NCBI GenBank assembly: GCA_965649765.1
Contig: OZ287751.1
Coordinates: 72,602,001 to 72,666,000 of the forward strand
Reading direction: 5' to 3'
Length of the DNA: 64,000 nucleotides
Source of the DNA: Bispira polyomma
Lineage: Eukaryota
A model generated the notes under the pieces. The model searched no databases and was not told the origin of the DNA. It saw only the letters and a list, made by a program, of their open reading frames with translations. The translations under genes were made by a program, and so were the position numbers. Shown here piece after piece: positions 25,401-37,400 of the stretch. Numbering within the stretch: position 1 is the first letter of the stretch; each line of letters opens with the position of its first letter.

Positions 25401-28400
25401 ACCAGTATAGTGTCATCTTGATGGGGGAGGCTGAAAGTTTTTACTATCAAATTATTCGCTGTTTTTTTTTTACAAATTTACAACTAGTCCATTCTGCTGT
25501 TGGTCACTAGCTTATGCTGTTTCTGTTTTCAGGACGTGCGTGCAGTACAGAAGCGTGTGGCAGAGGCTCAAGAACAGATTGAGTGGGTCAACAAGGAGGA
25601 ACAGCTCTACAAGTATCCTATCAGTAACTTCCCTGAAGTGGAGGAAATTAATAGTGCAGTTGACCCATTCTTCAGGCTCTTCCAGGTAAATAGAAACTGT
25701 ATTAGTACATACACTTGAATTGTTTATCGATATCAACAATATTTACCTCTCTGTTTCTTAGTGGATGGTTCTCTCTATACCTGGGTTTCTGTGTGTGTAG
25801 ATGGTGTACAAGTCCTTCCTGTTGGTTACTATAGTAACCCTGTTTCGATTGTTCTCTCTATACCCATGTACCTGTATTTATCTAGGTTGTGTACAAATGG
25901 CAGCGAGCAGAGAAGGAGTGGATGGATGGAGCCTTCCTGTTAGTTACTATAGTAACCCTATTTCGATTGTTCTCTCTATACCCATGTACCTGTGTGTATC
26001 TAGGTTGTGTACAAATGGCAGCGAGCAGAGAAGAAGTGGATGGACGGAGCCTTCCTGGATCTGGAGGCTGAGGCTGTCGAGGCAGAGGTGGATGAGTACT
26101 GGAGAGAGATCTACAAGATACAAAAGGTATGTGGCTTTGTTATCAGGTAGTGATGTCATTGTGTGTGACAGTTTTGTGATGTCATAGAGAAAAAGGATCA
26201 AGTTAGGTAGTGTGGTTACAGTTCTACAAGATACAGAAGGTATGTAGCTTTGTCATCAGCTAGTGGTGTCATTGTGTGTGAGAGTTTTGTGATTTTACCC
26301 CTATTAGAAAGTAATTGCAGTAGTCGAGGTGGCTACTTACAAGGGAGTTAGCCCCAGTCATAGCAGTATCCAGTGACAAAGTGATTTCTGATTCTTTTGA
26401 TCTCACCAGTGTGATAGTTAAACAAGAGTAACAAGTGTTGCTGTGTGATGAAATGAGAAAGCAGAGTTAATAGTAACATCAAGGTTTCTTACATTATGAG
26501 AGGGTAGTACATGTGTATATATTTTCCAAGTCGTGCAATTGGGGATGATGATCTTAAGTTCTCACTGTGTTTCTTGCTACCAATGAGAATGAATTCATTT
26601 CTGTAAGGATTTAATTTCCATTGTGTGATAGGGAGTATTGTGCATTGTTTTCACTGATTATCTATATTTTTTGTGAACTGTGATTAAAAGTATTGTGCAT
26701 TGTTTTCACTGATTATCTAAGTAAATACTCCTTTCTGGTGTAGGTGTTTAATTCCAAGCTGAAGAGAGCTCAGGCTGAGCGTGAGGAACTGGAGCGTGAC
26801 CGTAAGAAGAAACGTAAACATATGGAAGAGGGGGCCGAAGAAGAGGAGGCCTTACCAGAGGTGGTGCCTCCTGCAGCTCTCACTGTGTGTAATATCAGTC
26901 AGGCGAGCATGAAGGACTTCAAGGTGAGAGGGTGTGTGATATCAGTCAGGAGAGCATGAAGGATTTTAAGGTGACAGGCTGTGTGTAATATCAATCAGGA
27001 GAGCATGAAGGAGTTTAAGGTGAGAGGGTGTGTGTAATATCAGTCAGGAGAGCATGAAGGAGTTTAAGGTGAGAGGGTGTGTGTAATATCAGCCAGGAGA
27101 GCATGAATGACTTTAAGGTGAGAGGGTGTGTGTAATATCAGTCATGAAAGCATGAAGGACTTTAAGGTGAGAGGGTGTGTAATATCAGTCAGGAGAGCAT
27201 GAAGGCGTTTAAGGTGAGGGGGTGTGTGTAATATCAGTCAGCAGTCAGGAGAGCATGAAGGACTTTAAGGTGAGAGGGTGTGTGTAATATCAGTTGGGAG
27301 AGCATAAATGACTTTAAGGTGAGAGAGTGTGTAATATCAGTCAGGAGAGCATGAAGGCGTTTAAGGTGAGGGGGTGTGTGTAATATCAGTCAGCAGTCAG
27401 GAGAGCATGAAGGACTTTAAGGTGAGAGGGTGTGTGTAATATCAGTCAGGAGAGCATGAAGGACTTTAAGGTGAGAGGGTGTGTGTAATATCAGTCAGGA
27501 GAGCATGAAGGACTTTAAGGTGAGAGGGTGTGTGTAATATCAGTCAGGAGAGCATGAAGGACTTCAAGGTGAGAGGGTGTGTGTAATATCAGTCAGGAGA
27601 GCATGAAGGACTTCAAGGTGAGAGGGTGTGTGTAGTATCAGTCAGGAGATCATGAATGACTTTAAGGTGAGAGGGTGTGTGTGATATCAGTCAGGAGAGC
27701 ATGAAGGACTTTAAGGTTAACATGGGGGACTTAAGAATAAGACTGGAGGATAGTCATGGAATTTTGCAATATAATATCAAGAGCTTTAATGGGAGGGGGG
27801 TGTTAATACATACAGGGAATTTTAGGCAATGAGGTCAGGGTAATGAAGTGATAAACAGGGAGTCGTAACAGCCAAGCTTGGGGGGGGGGGGGGAGGGTGT
27901 ATAGTGAAGGACTTTAAAGGTAGGTTTTGTTGGGTTTAGCGTCCACATAACAGAGCATCAGTAAAAGCTTTTATTAAACACAATTAGACATTGTAAGAAT
28001 GTAGTGAAAAATAGAAAGTTTGTTGTTTAGTGGGCTACTGTATAATTATACCACACTGTATTCCAGGAGTTCATCCCTGTGATTTCTATCATGTGTAACC
28101 CTGGTATGAGGACCCGCCATTGGTCCAGGATGTCAGACACTGCAGGCTTTGACCTCACCCCTGACTCGGGGACCACACTCAGGAAGATGCTCAAACTTAA
28201 CCTGGAGCCACACATGGAGATGTTTGAGGGCATATCTGGAGCAGCCACAAAGGTATGTGTGTGTTGTGAGGAAGGAAGGGCGTGAATACACTGGTACAGT
28301 GAACCTTTTAAAGAACAGAAGTACCCCTGCTTCTAAATTTTCTTCTAAAGTTCGATGATTTCAAGATTACTTTTGTAATCATCAGAGAAATCTAATTTGC

Positions 28401-31400
28401 TTTAATTGGTTTAATTTACAGTATTGTCAGTATTTCCTTAATACAGTTGTTGACCACTGGTTACTTTAGGAATTTTCCCTGGAGAAACCTATGAAGAAGA
28501 TGTGTTTTATATATTTTTTTTTTTTTACAGTAGATTTTTGTAGTTATTCATTTATAGTATGGTCGGTATTTTCCTGATTCAGTTGTTGACCACTGGTCAA
28601 TATATTAAAAATTCTATGAACAATATGGCAGGGGAATGGTACATATTTATAGTATGGTCAGTATTTCCCAGATGCAGTTGTTGATCACTGGTCACTTTAT
28701 CTAGGAATTCTCCCTGGAAATAGTAGGGGAATGGTATATATTTACAGTAAAGTCAGTATTCTCCTCGTACATTTGTTGACCAGTAGTGATTTTGCTGTAG
28801 GAATTCTCCCTGGAGAAGGCTATGGTCAAGATGTTGGACGAGTGGGATGAGGTTGTGTTTAACACCATTGCGTACAGAGACACGGGCATCTCGATCCTGG
28901 CATCCGTGGATGACATCCAGACTCTGCTTGATGACCACATCGTCAAGACACAGACCATGAGGGGCTCTCCGTTCATCAAGCCTTTTGAGAAGGAGATTCG
29001 CGAGTGGGAAGAACGGCTGATCCGTATCCAGGAAACCAGTGATGAGTGGCTGAAAGTACAGGTACTGTATAAGCAAATTGTAATCGGAAGAATTAATCTA
29101 ACTACTTTACAATATTTCAGCAAGAATGCATTGGTTATTGTTTTCAGTAGTACACATTTTTGACTTAGAAGATAAGGGCAAATTACATATTTTTTGGGAC
29201 CAAATATTAACAAATGACACTCAGTAGTGATATTAAATATTTCCACTAGCACAGTACATTGTATTGCAATTTGTTAAGGATATAGTCTCTGTAGCCTAAC
29301 ATAGGAGGTAATTTGGTGTGAATGGATACCCTGGTTTCCCTTTTGATTCCAGGCCCAGTGGCTGTACCTAAAACCTATCACCACTAATACAGTCATTTAA
29401 TTTGTTGAGGGTATAGTCTCTGGTTACCACAGTTCCCACCTCTTGTTTTCTAGACTTGGTGGCTGTACCTGAAGCCTATCTTGCCACTAATACAGTCATG
29501 TAATTTGTTTATGGTACCATCGTTCCCACCTCTTGTTTCCAGGCCCAGTGGCTGTACCTGGAGCCTATCTTCTCCTCTGAGGACATCATGCAGCAGATGC
29601 CAGAGGAAGGCCGTCTCTTCCAGACAGTTGACAGGAACTGGAAGGAAGTGATGAAGAACACAGTCAGGGACCCTCATGTACGTGTCATTTGTATACAGTA
29701 TGTGGTACATGGTAATACCTCACATCCACATATAGGGTGGGGCCTTGGAGGGGTAATACCCCATTTGTAGTTGTGGCTTTGAATGTGTGGAAAGTATGAA
29801 TAATTGTATACTGTCTCGTGCTTCGCATATAGTGGGCTTCAGTGGTGTAGGGGTAACACCTTTGCCTCCCACCTCTGCAGTTATTGGTTTAAATCATGGC
29901 CATGTAAAAAAGTTGATGGTAGACTTCTGGTGGTTTTTTAGAAAACTTGATAGATTAATCTGTATTGTATACCTCCACCAGTAAACTGTCTGTTGTGATA
30001 TAATATGCTGGTTTAATCTTACAGATCATTGTTATATACAGTAGAACCTCTTTGAGCTGAACAGATTGGGAGAAAAATAGTGTTTTGTTCTGATAATAAA
30101 TGGTTCATTAAGTAGAAGAGGCATTTTAGTATAAAATAGTGGACAAATTTACACTTGGGTGAGGAAAACTGTTCATGAATTTAATATTCTGATAATAGAA
30201 GTTTCTGTGATACAGATTTTATATTCACTTTATATTCAAAGGTCCTGGTGGCCACTGCCATGAATGGCCTTAAAGAAGTTGGTTGACTTTAGTAAATTCA
30301 GTTAATAGAAGTTTGTAGAGGTTAATAGAGGTTTTATATTCTTCCTCTGTACACAGGTCCTGGTGGCCACTGCTATGCATGGCCTCCTGGAAAAGCTGAT
30401 TGACTCCAATGGCCTGCTGGATAAAATCAACAAGGGTCTGAATGCCTACTTGGAGAAGAAGCGTCTGTTCTTTCCACGGTTTTTCTTCTTGTCTAATGAC
30501 GAGATGTTGGAGATTCTGTCTGAGACCAAGGACCCCACCCGTGTACAGCCTCATCTCAAGAAATGCTTTGAAGGTAAGTTTCTGAATTCTCCCCATCAAG
30601 TATCAGCCAATGTTCTACACTGTAAACTGATGCCTGGACGATTACAGTGCAGAATCTGGACCAACTAGTATGGACTGCTTTCCCCCTCAAGTGAAACTGT
30701 CCGTTTTGATATGACCTATACAATGTGTTGAAATCTACGTTAAACCCCAATCAATCAATCAATCAAAACTGTTAACATTTTAATTTAAAAATTCTTAAAC
30801 TCTGGACTTTTCACATAATGCCCCCAAAAAACAATTATGAAACATCTTACAGCATTATCAATATCATTCTTCAAAAGTAAATATAAATGTTCTTGTTAAA
30901 CAAAGCCAATCCTCCCTAGCTGCATCTCTATAGTCCACTTCTGTTTAATGCCTGTATCATTAGTAAACCTCAGTTTTTATTGCGATAAATACACCTTACC
31001 TTATCCTCACTAATGCTTTTAATTTAGTACACCTAAAAGTTCGATCAAAAAAATCACATAAGTCTTTTTCAAAGACTATTTTTGTTGGAGATTGAACACT
31101 TAAAGTCAAATTAAATTAGATTTAAGGGGCTAATGCAAAATGTTGAGATGATGATATACATATAAAGCAGTCACACTATGTTTTTCAGGTATTAACCAGG
31201 TTGAGTTTGACATTCCCGCTCTGTTTTACAGGTATTACCAAGCTTGAGTTTGACATTCCCGCTCTGTTTTCCAGGTATTAACAAGCTTGAGTTTGACAGT
31301 AAGCTGGACATCCATTCTATGTTCTCCGGTGAGGGGGAGAAGGTGGGGTTAAGTCAGAGTATCAGTACGGCCGAGGCTCGCGGGGCTGTAGAGAAGTGGC

Positions 31401-34400
31401 TGCTACAAGTACAAGACATCATGCTGCTGTCTATCAAGGACGTCATTGAGGCCTCTTGGAAGGTATACCTCGGCCCATAGTTTTACCAGAGCTCTTAAGC
31501 TCTTGCTTAAACTCTATCTTTACACATGTCACCAATTGTTTTAATAAAGCTTTTAGTGAGGAACTCAAATATGTAGTCGTATTTTAGATATCTGTGCTAC
31601 TGATGCTGCCAGGTTGCGAGATTTGCACATTTAAACATTAATTGCCACAATTTCAGGTGCTTACATAAAATCAAATCTTACAATTGTGCGTCACCATTTT
31701 ACAAATAAGAATAGAATATCCTTTGTCTTCCTACAATATTTGTAAACAACACTTAGGGGCCACTTTCCCTGTATTTTCTGTAATTTTGCCCTCTTTTTGG
31801 GGAAAAATACTGGCCTAGGCTGGTATTCACAAAGATTCCTAAATTCAAGATACTTGATTGGCTGTTCAAACTATCTGAAGCAATCTGATTGACTGAAACT
31901 AAGAAAATTCTAAGAATGTTTGTGAATATAGCCCTAAGTCAGGTGGTACTGGCTGTATCCCAAACCGATTGGACAGGCTTGTATTCTGTGATTATTATAC
32001 CTGTATCCCGTGTCTTTCAGGCGTACGCCATTGAGGCCAGAGAGGAGTGGGTCAAAGACTGGCCTGGTCAGGTGGTATTGGCTGTGTCTCAGATCTATTG
32101 GACAGAAGGTGTACATCAACACATCTCGGGAGGACCTAAAGGACTCATGGAGTATTACGATAAACTAAATGAACAATTGAGCGCCATTGTAACACTGGTC
32201 AGTGTCTAACTAGGGTCCATTGTCAAACTGGTCATTGTCTGACCATGGTAATACGTGGCCATAACTAGGGTCCATTGTAAAACTGGTCAGTGTGTAACCA
32301 TGGTAATACATGGCCATATCTAGGGTCCATTGTGAAAGTGGTCAGTGTGTAATCATGGTAATACATGGTCATAACTATGGTCCTTATAAAACTGGTCAGT
32401 TTGTAACCATGGTAATACATTGCCATATCTAGGGTCCGTTGTGCAAGTGGTCAGTGTGTAATCATGCTAATACATGATCATAACTAGGGTCCATTATAAA
32501 ACTGGTCAGTGTGTAACCATGGTAATACATGGCCATATCTAGGGTCCATTGTGAAACTAGTCAGTGTGTAATCATGGTAATACATGGCCATATCTAGGGT
32601 CCATTATAAAACTGGTCAGTGTGTAACCATGGTAACACATGGTCATGGTATGCTATCACCATGGTGATCAAAGTAACCTAAACTTTCAATTTTATCAATT
32701 CATTTCCCCTCTTCAAAATTTTTGTTTCCTGTTGTTTTAAACAGAAGAGCCCTCTGCTATTGTATATACCTGCTATTATCTGAACAAAATATTGATCAAT
32801 CTGTCCAGATAATAGTGGTTCCACTGTTCTGACAAATACTGCTATCGTAACATTAGTAGTTAATTCCCCCGCAATTATTTCTACTATTTGTTTTTTCTGC
32901 CTGTTAGAGTTTTATGCAGACTGATTTTTTAAGTTATATTTGTAAATATGACAGGTAACTTAATAAGATAGTGTTATATTAATTGTTTCTGAAGTCAAAG
33001 CTTTCATTCAAAAATAAAAATGGCAGCCTCCAACGTCCATAATGCCTTAAGCACACATGCATATTAATTCTAAAATGTTAGGCTGCGCAACGCTAGCAAA
33101 CACGTCTTTTGCGCAATGTTTTAAATCTGCATAAAACACTCTGTATAATTCATGGAACATTGTTTACGTTCTGTCATTAATCTCCCTTGACACTCTTCCG
33201 TATTTAAACTTAAATATCTTAGCTATTTCTTAACGGATTTTAATGCAACAAAAAAGACAGTAATCGCAATACAATAAGCTTTTTCACCTTATTGTTATAA
33301 AATTTTTACCTCTGAGCTTTTAATAAATAATCAGGTGTTTTTTGTTTTTTTTTGTAAACGCAGTTGTGATATACATTTGTATGACGGAAATGCCACAACA
33401 TTGAACAACATTCTAACTAGTAGTACACAGGTGGCGCTGGGTTTGGCCTACCCTTGGCCTCGGTTACCCAGTAAAATCAATACTAAGTGAATGTATATTT
33501 CGAAGTGGCCGAAGCCAAGGGTAGGCTGAAGCCAGCGCCACCCGTGTAATTCATCATGTGTTCCGTAATCATGTCATTCCATTAAAAACTAATGGTAAAT
33601 CATTTTAGAATAGGAATAAAGTACTTAAACTCCTGTTTTATGCACATTTTAAATGATCTCTGGGGTTGAATTAATGCACTCAGCCCTTTGATCGGTCAAA
33701 ATGTACATAAAACACTTATTTTACCTTATTTAGATAATGACAGTGTATGTTAGCAAACACATGCAGCACATGTAACTTAAAGTTAAACTTTGTAAAAAAA
33801 AATAAATGATTACAGAAGTGTTTGATGTTGAATTACTCTACTTATGGTTGATTGTTTGATTTTTTTCTCAAGGTTACTGTTCTGATGCGTGTACAATCTA
33901 TGTCTGTTAGGTACGAGGCAAGCTGAACAAGCAGCAGCGTATCACTATGGGAGCCCTGGTAACCATAGATGTACATGCTAGAGACGTGTTAGAAGAGATG
34001 GCTAATAAAGGGGTGGCTTCAGAGAATGACTTCAGCTGGCTTGCTCAGCTCAGGTAAGTTAGAATGCCTTATATAAAGCAGCTTTAGACATGGGTAATAA
34101 AGGGGTGTCTTCAGAGAATGACTTCAACTGGCTTGCTTAGCTCAGGTAAGGTAGGATACGTTATATAAAGCAGCTACAGACATAGGTAATAAAGGGGTGT
34201 CTTCAGAGAATGACTTTAGCTGGCTGGCTCAGCTCAGGTAAGTTAGGATACCTTATATAAACAAGTTTCAGACATGGTTAAGAAAAGGGTTTCTTCAGGT
34301 AATGACTTCAGCTGGCTGGCTGCATTTAGCCATCAGTACAAGCATCCATGGAAGGTGCAATCAAGTTATTATGGATCACGCAGTTCCACGGAAATAATTT

Positions 34401-37400
34401 TCCTTTGGGATGAAATGTGTTGGAACTAGGCCTTTGGATAAATAGAAAGCCTAGCACGAGTCAGTTTTGTTTAGTGGTAAATTTCAATTAAACTTTATCA
34501 TTTAGTTCTTAAATATTGCAGTTTGTGTTTTATTGGAGTTCTGTTTTAATAGACAATGTTCAACTCTTTGTAGGTATTACTGGGAAGAGACTGGCTGCTT
34601 CATCCGTATCATCAATGCTCATGTGAAGTATGCTAATGAGTACCTTGGAAACAGCTTCAGGTAACTGCTTACTGTAATTTCTTGCTGGGTGGACCAGTAT
34701 TTCTAAAAATAACGTTTCCAAATATATTAAAAGTTAGGTAAATGTAATATGTAGTAATGTGTAGCTCATAAGAAGAACGATATATGTGGGTTATGTTGAA
34801 GGTTAATGTAATATGTAGTACTAATATGTAGCTCATAAGAAGAAAGCTGTATGTAGGTTTTTACCTAGGGCTTTCTAATTCTAGGGTAATATTTCCTCTG
34901 TATATTTAAAGTCTGGTGAGTGTAATCAGTTTTTGTTCTGTAATCCTAGGTTGGTGATTACCCCACTCACAGACAGGTGTTACCGTACACTAATGGGAGC
35001 TTATCACCTCAATCTGAATGGAGCCCCCGAGGGGCCAGCAGGAACTGGAAAGACAGAGACCACCAAGGATCTGGCCAAAGGTAATATGGTTAAACCACCC
35101 AGCCACTTACGTAAGGGAACGTTGTTTGAATTTAGTTAAAAACAGAAACCGCAAAGGATCTTGCTAAAGGAAAGACCATTTACAAACATTACCATTGTAA
35201 TGCTAATATGATCGAAACACAGCCACCCTGGCCTGTGGTGACGAATAAATCTACTACTGTAAGAGACGCTTGTTTGAATTTAGTGAAACAGATATATACA
35301 GAAAGGATTGTCAAATGGTTATATGGTTAATACACAACCATGCTGAGATTTTGTGATGAGTAAATCTAGTAAAATGATCGACGACATGTCACATGTTGAA
35401 AAAAACCAATGGATACATTTATGGAGAGGCCATTAATGGCTTAAAAAGTGATAAAAAGGTTATTTCCATGTCTCTCCCTTTCTCTCTCTAGTCTCTCATT
35501 ACACATAATATGATGCCTGTTCTATTTAATGAACGTTATATTATCCAAACATAATTTTGCTCTCCATACATATTCAGATAAGAGAGTTTTTTCCGTAAAC
35601 GTATTATAGACTGAGGTTATTTCCCTGTCTCACTCTCTCATTACACATAATATAATGCCTATTCTATTTTAAAAACCTTATAATCTACTATACAAACTAT
35701 TTGTCTCCCCTCACAGCCTTGGCTGTCCAGTGTGTGGTATTTAACTGTCCACACATTAGTTATTCCCCTCTTTCTATCCCTCTCTAAATATAATTCCTGT
35801 CTCTCCTCACAGCCCTGGCTGTCCAGTGTGTGGTGTTTAACTGCTCTGATGGTTTGGACTACATTGCTATGGGCAAGTTCTTCAAGGGACTGGCCTCCTC
35901 AGGAGCCTGGTCTTGTTTTGATGAGTTCAACCGCATAGATTTGGAGGTGTTGTCTGTGGTGGCTCAACAGGTAAACGGTTTTTTATAAATCTTTGTTACA
36001 TTGAATAGATTGAATTATTGTTGTTTGTAAGCGTTGAACCTTTGCAATTGGAAAAAGGTAGTAATAAAAGAAGAAAGAATACAGATAGCTTTGATATGAT
36101 CTTAGTTTGGCTCTTTTTTTTGTTGACCCTGGTGAGAAATAGGTTTGGATGTCTGTGATTTTAAGATGAACATCTGGTTTATGCAGCGGTTATCATACTG
36201 TGTCTGTAGAAATACAAAACTTATTATCTGGACTGACATTGTAATGTTCAAGAACATGAAGCTTGGAACTACCATTTATATATAATTCAATTAAGACTGC
36301 AATCTCCTCTCACCTTCTCTGGGCTCAGTGGCATAGTGGTTAACGCACTCACCTCCCACCTCTGAGGTTGTAGGTTTAAATCTCGGTCACAGCTTTATGT
36401 GGGAAAGTTGGCAGTTACGTGCCGATGTCCCGTGGTTTACAGTGCAGAATCTTGACCAACTAGTATGCACTGCTTTTACCCCACCAGTAAAACTCATAAT
36501 ATGACCTATACAATGTATTAAAAGCGATGTTAAAACCCCAATCAATCAATCCTCACACCTTCTGCCTGTATTCCAAGCCTTAAGTATCTTTTTGTTATCC
36601 TGGTCTGTTCTACATGTGCCTGTGCCTGGTGTACACCTTGCAGTACTAACACATACTCCATGTTGTCCTGTGTGCATGTTTTCAGATTCTGTGCATTATC
36701 CGAGCTATCCAGGGGAAGGTGGACACGTTTTTGTTTGAAGGGACAGAGCTCAGGCTGAATCCCACTTGTTACACCTGTATTACCATGAACCCTGGATATG
36801 CCGGCAGATCAGAGTTACCTGATAATCTGAAGGTTCTGTTCAGGTGAGTGAGAACATCACTTGTAAGTTTCAGAAAATTAATGCCCTTCACCCAATCCAA
36901 TATATTTTTACAGCTGGCTAATTCAAAAAACTCTTTTTGGTATAAATATTCCTTATGGGTGGAGGTATACAACATCATGGTCTGATTTCACCTAAAGGCT
37001 GTAGTTTTGGTGCCTCCAATGCTAGTTTCTGCTTCTGTTTTCAAAAGTCTTCAAGGCTATCAGAGTTACCAGTGTTGACTGTGTTAAAGTTGTAATCCTC
37101 ACATATAAGTAATTATGGGTGAGACAGGGGGCCCGGTTACCCGATTATGGGCCAAATTTTTGGGGAAACCGGAGCGAAATTGCTATTCGGGGACTCGAAA
37201 ACGTATACGTTTTATTGTAAAAATCTGTCATTATCATGTATAATCTTAATTCACTTCGCGAAAACAATAATTTTGGTCTAATTTCTTCTCCGAACATACG
37301 TTTTCCTTCTAATTTCCAATATTTCCGCAGACATTTGCCTTTATTTTTCGATAGATTTTGTTTACATCTGCCGCCATTTTGTTAGACTAGTTTCTGAGAT

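Noticed and set aside
22539-27717. Regular repeat arrays resembling CRISPR arrays
   Set aside because: Head-to-tail units with no unique spacers, no cas genes, eukaryotic intron context; units derive from the adjacent exon.
28701-29252. Minus-strand ORFs overlapping dynein exons (e.g. 28701-29252, 30270-30599, 56001-56483)
   Set aside because: Antisense open frames caused by codon bias of the dynein exons; no recognisable protein features.
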